The notes under the pieces: model-generated
The model's input: the letters and a program-made list of their open reading frames with translations, nothing else
Databases searched by the model: none
What the model was told of the DNA's origin: nothing
Source of the DNA: Myxococcota bacterium
GTDB taxonomy: Bacteria > Myxococcota_A > UBA9160 > UBA4427
Length of the DNA: 64,000 nucleotides
NCBI GenBank assembly: GCA_041690055.1
Contig: JBDNFB010000009.1
Location: forward strand, 92-64,091
Direction of reading: 5' to 3'
Position numbers and translations under genes: made by a program
Shown: in pieces, positions 61,655-64,000 of the stretch
How positions within the stretch are numbered: position 1 is the first letter of the stretch
Layout: each line of letters starts with the position of its first letter

Positions 61655-62203
61655 TTAGTCCGCGCTCGGCGGCCGGAACTTGAGGATGCGGAAGCGCATA
61701 GTGCCTACGATCTCTCCGTTCTGGTCCTTGTATTCGTAGAGCTGCGTTACGAAATGGCCGGTACCGAGTCCCGTCTTCTTTTCCGGGGAAATCGATTCGA
61801 CCATGACTGTGTGCGTGAGCAGGTCTCCGGGCTCAAGATCGCGGAAGTACTCCTGCTCGCAGTTCGTAGCCACGACGGAGGTAAAGCCCGCTTCATCCAG
61901 GATCTCGAGCGACGATTGTTCGTCGCCCCTGGCGTCTGCATAGGCCTGCTCTTCTTTAGTAGGAGGCCGAAGTCCCCGCATCGTCCACGCCTGGAGCATC
62001 GTGGGCGGCGCAATAACCCCGCCCTTTGCGGGACCCGTTCCGAGCTCAGGTTGCAAGTAGGCGGGATTGCGGTCGCCGACCGCGTCGCACCAATGATGGA
62101 TCATCGGCTCGTTGACCGGATAGGGGCAGCTACCGGGGGGTCCCTCGGCAGTGCCTTCAGCGGCCTTCAAGCTCTTCATCAACGCTTCATTTGATTCGCT
62201 CAT
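61655..62203 (-). CDS. FAS1-like/MaoC N-terminal-type hotdog subunit
   Basis: PVNEPMIHHWCDAVGDRNPAY...APPTMLQAW is typical of the non-catalytic N-terminal hotdog partner. Confidence 0.7.
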   Translation of the reverse strand: MSESNEALMKSLKAAEGTAEGPPGSCPYPVNEPMIHHWCDAVGDRNPAYLQPELGTGPAKGGVIAPPTMLQAWTMRGLRPPTKEEQAYADARGDEQSSLEILDEAGFTSVVATNCEQEYFRDLEPGDLLTHTVMVESISPEKKTGLGTGHFVTQLYEYKDQNGEIVGTMRFRILKFRPPSAD

Positions 62204-62217
62204 TAGTTGGCCCCGAA

Positions 62218-63393
62218 CTAGCGCGGCACGCGCGGCATGCGCAGGCCAGCCATGGAAACGATCTCGCGCTGGATCTCATTCACGCCACCGCCGAAGGTGT
62301 TGATCGTGCCGAGTCGCGATTCACTCTCGATCTCGCCGTCGATCTGCGCCGCCGGCGAGTCCGCCTTAACCAGGGCTGCCGGGCCGACGATCTCCTGAAG
62401 AAGTCGGTAGACCTCGAGGACCACCTCGGTGCCGTAGACCTTCACCGCGGACGCATCCGCGGGATTCACGAAACCGGACTCGAGTTCCGCCGCCATGCGC
62501 CAGTTGAGCAGTTTCATGGCTTCGATGCGGGCGTAGACTTCGCCGAGGTTCTGCTGAACCCAGGGCAGGTCGATCATCTTGCCGCCGTCCGGGGTCTCTG
62601 TCTCCGTCGCCCAAGAGATGACCTTTTCGGTCCGCGCGTAGGCGGCAGATCCGAAGGCCGCGAGGCCGATGCGTTCATGGTTGAGCTGAAGCGTGATGAG
62701 CTTCCAGCCGCCGTTGATACCGCCGACCACGTTCTCCTTGGGCACGCGGACATTTTCGTAGTAGCTCATCGCCGTCGATGTGCCGCCCATCGTGTGAATC
62801 GGCGAAGCGCTGAATCCGGGGGAATCCGCGGGGACGATGATGATGCTGATGCCCTTATGCTTGGGGGCATCGGGGTCCGTGCGTACGGCCAGCCAGATAT
62901 AGTCGGTATCGGTCGCACCCGACGTGAACATCTTGGTGCCGTTGATGACCCATTCGTCGCCGTCGAGGACGGCTTCGCAGCTCAGGGCCGCGAGGTCGGT
63001 GCCGGCGTTGGGCTCGGAATAGCCGATCGAGAAATGGCAGTCGCCGGCGAGGATGCGCGGCAGGAATTCCGCCTTCTGATCCGGGGTGCCGTGTTCCATG
63101 AGCGCCGGACCGACGGTCGAAACCGTGACGAAGGGGAAAGGCGCGCCCGAGCGTCGTTGTTCTTCCAGGAAGATCATCTGCTCGGTCATGGTCATGCCGC
63201 CACCGCCGAACTCCTTCGGCCAACCGACTCCGAGCCAGCCGTCCTTACCGATCTGGCGGATCAGCTTGCGGTACATCCCGCCGCCTTCCATCCCGCGGAT
63301 TTCCGAACGGATTTCCGGCGTCAGCAGGTTCTCGAAATAGGACCGCAGCGTATTGCGAAGGGTTTTTTGGTCGGGGGTCAGATCAATGAACAT
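62218..63393 (-). CDS. acyl-CoA dehydrogenase family protein (subunit 1)
   Basis: MFIDLTPDQKTLRNTLRSYF..., GYSEPNAGTDLA, TFGGGVNEIQREIV. The start is taken at ATG 63393. Confidence 0.8.
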   Translation of the reverse strand: MFIDLTPDQKTLRNTLRSYFENLLTPEIRSEIRGMEGGGMYRKLIRQIGKDGWLGVGWPKEFGGGGMTMTEQMIFLEEQRRSGAPFPFVTVSTVGPALMEHGTPDQKAEFLPRILAGDCHFSIGYSEPNAGTDLAALSCEAVLDGDEWVINGTKMFTSGATDTDYIWLAVRTDPDAPKHKGISIIIVPADSPGFSASPIHTMGGTSTAMSYYENVRVPKENVVGGINGGWKLITLQLNHERIGLAAFGSAAYARTEKVISWATETETPDGGKMIDLPWVQQNLGEVYARIEAMKLLNWRMAAELESGFVNPADASAVKVYGTEVVLEVYRLLQEIVGPAALVKADSPAAQIDGEIESESRLGTINTFGGGVNEIQREIVSMAGLRMPRVPR

Positions 63394-63924
63394 GCTCGCC
63401 TCGATTCGCCGCGCGGATGCGGGCTGGATAAGGAGTTGGCTGGGATACGTCATCGCAGGATCGACTGCTTGACAATCGAAGTACTATAACGGCGCAGATC
63501 GGTCAGTGAAACATGTTCTAGTTCCTCGGTCATTTTTTTGATCCCGCGGGGATTCTGGCGTGATTCCTCCGTGGCTTGTCTGCTGTGCCCCCGCGGGTAG
63601 GTGCAGTCGTCCTCGACGCGGATGGCTCATGGCCTGCGATGAAGCCTAAGGGCATCGAGCCGGGCCGAGATGTGATGCCTCGCACAAGATCGTGACGAAG
63701 CGTCCTCGCGTTCAGAGCTTCGGGCAGGTAGAAACCGAACGACTCCAGATTCTTTTCTAGATTTTTCGCGTCGATGTTACGAATTAAATGAGGGACGCAT
63801 TTTCAAGGGCATCAAGAGTTGCCGATCCTATTCGAACCGATCCGCGCCTTGGCTCTTGGGGGAATCGGAAAGAGTTTGAATTGCGGGCGCTCGCGTCCGT
63901 GTCTCGCTGACTGGGGAATGAGAA

Positions 63925-64000
63925 GTGGAAGACGATCTAAAACGCATCGCCGCACGAATTAGAAGCTGGCGGGATGAAGCCGGCCTTACCCTTCAGCAGC
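63925..64000 (+). CDS. XRE-family HTH regulator, 5' fragment (runs off window)
   Basis: GTG 63925 gives VEDDLKRIAARIRSWRDEAGLTLQQ, the usual start of an XRE HTH. Only 25 codons are visible. Confidence 0.35.
   Translation, partial: MEDDLKRIAARIRSWRDEAGLTLQQ

Overview
GC-rich chromosomal segment from a Gram-negative bacterium. There is no rRNA or tRNA marker. A marine or saline 'deltaproteobacterial'/Myxococcota-like origin is only an inference, drawn from Na+-NQR, two eukaryotic-like Ser/Thr kinases with TPR or coiled sensor regions, a sigma-54-type promoter and an MSHA-type pilus cluster. All protein calls come from motifs I recognise in the supplied translations; no database search was possible.

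Layout:
- 1-1140: lower-GC patch with a hypothetical gene and an IS30 transposase remnant.
- 1144-5486: translationally coupled MHYT-PAS histidine kinase, REC-HDOD and REC-degenerate-HD operon.
- 5483-29868: housekeeping and mixed genes. These are argG, a multihaem cytochrome c, DUF4399, a Ser/Thr kinase, an ATP-grasp + oxidoreductase pair, a large lipoprotein, murA with Asp at the fosfomycin-target Cys position, a PAS pseudo-kinase, a TPR-Ser/Thr kinase, a sigma factor, DsbA, HAD, apaG, rsmE, DUF5658 and HupE/UreJ.
- 30314-43452: 13-gene MSHA-type type IV pilus cluster, mshIJKLMNEG-A-CDOP, on the minus strand.
- 45261-49001: four-gene module of outer-membrane beta-barrel, secreted FMN_bind protein, His-rich 4-TM protein and a second lipoprotein ApbE. 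This is my best candidate for an uncharacterised system, an extracytosolic flavinylation-dependent electron conduit.
- 49077-58637: minus-strand run of nqrABCDEF-apbE, then dgkA, MAPEG, GFA and DUF488, then a 59-aa nqrM that is absent from the ORF track.
- 59397-64000: CBS-pair protein, an interleaved acyl-CoA dehydrogenase/hotdog hydratase operon, and the start of an XRE regulator.

A recurrent non-coding theme is short tandem repeats placed exactly at gene junctions: 9-nt, 15-nt, 21-nt and 40-42-nt units, several carrying hairpins. There is also one 174-bp element bounded by perfect 22-bp inverted repeats. No CRISPR array, rRNA or tRNA was found.
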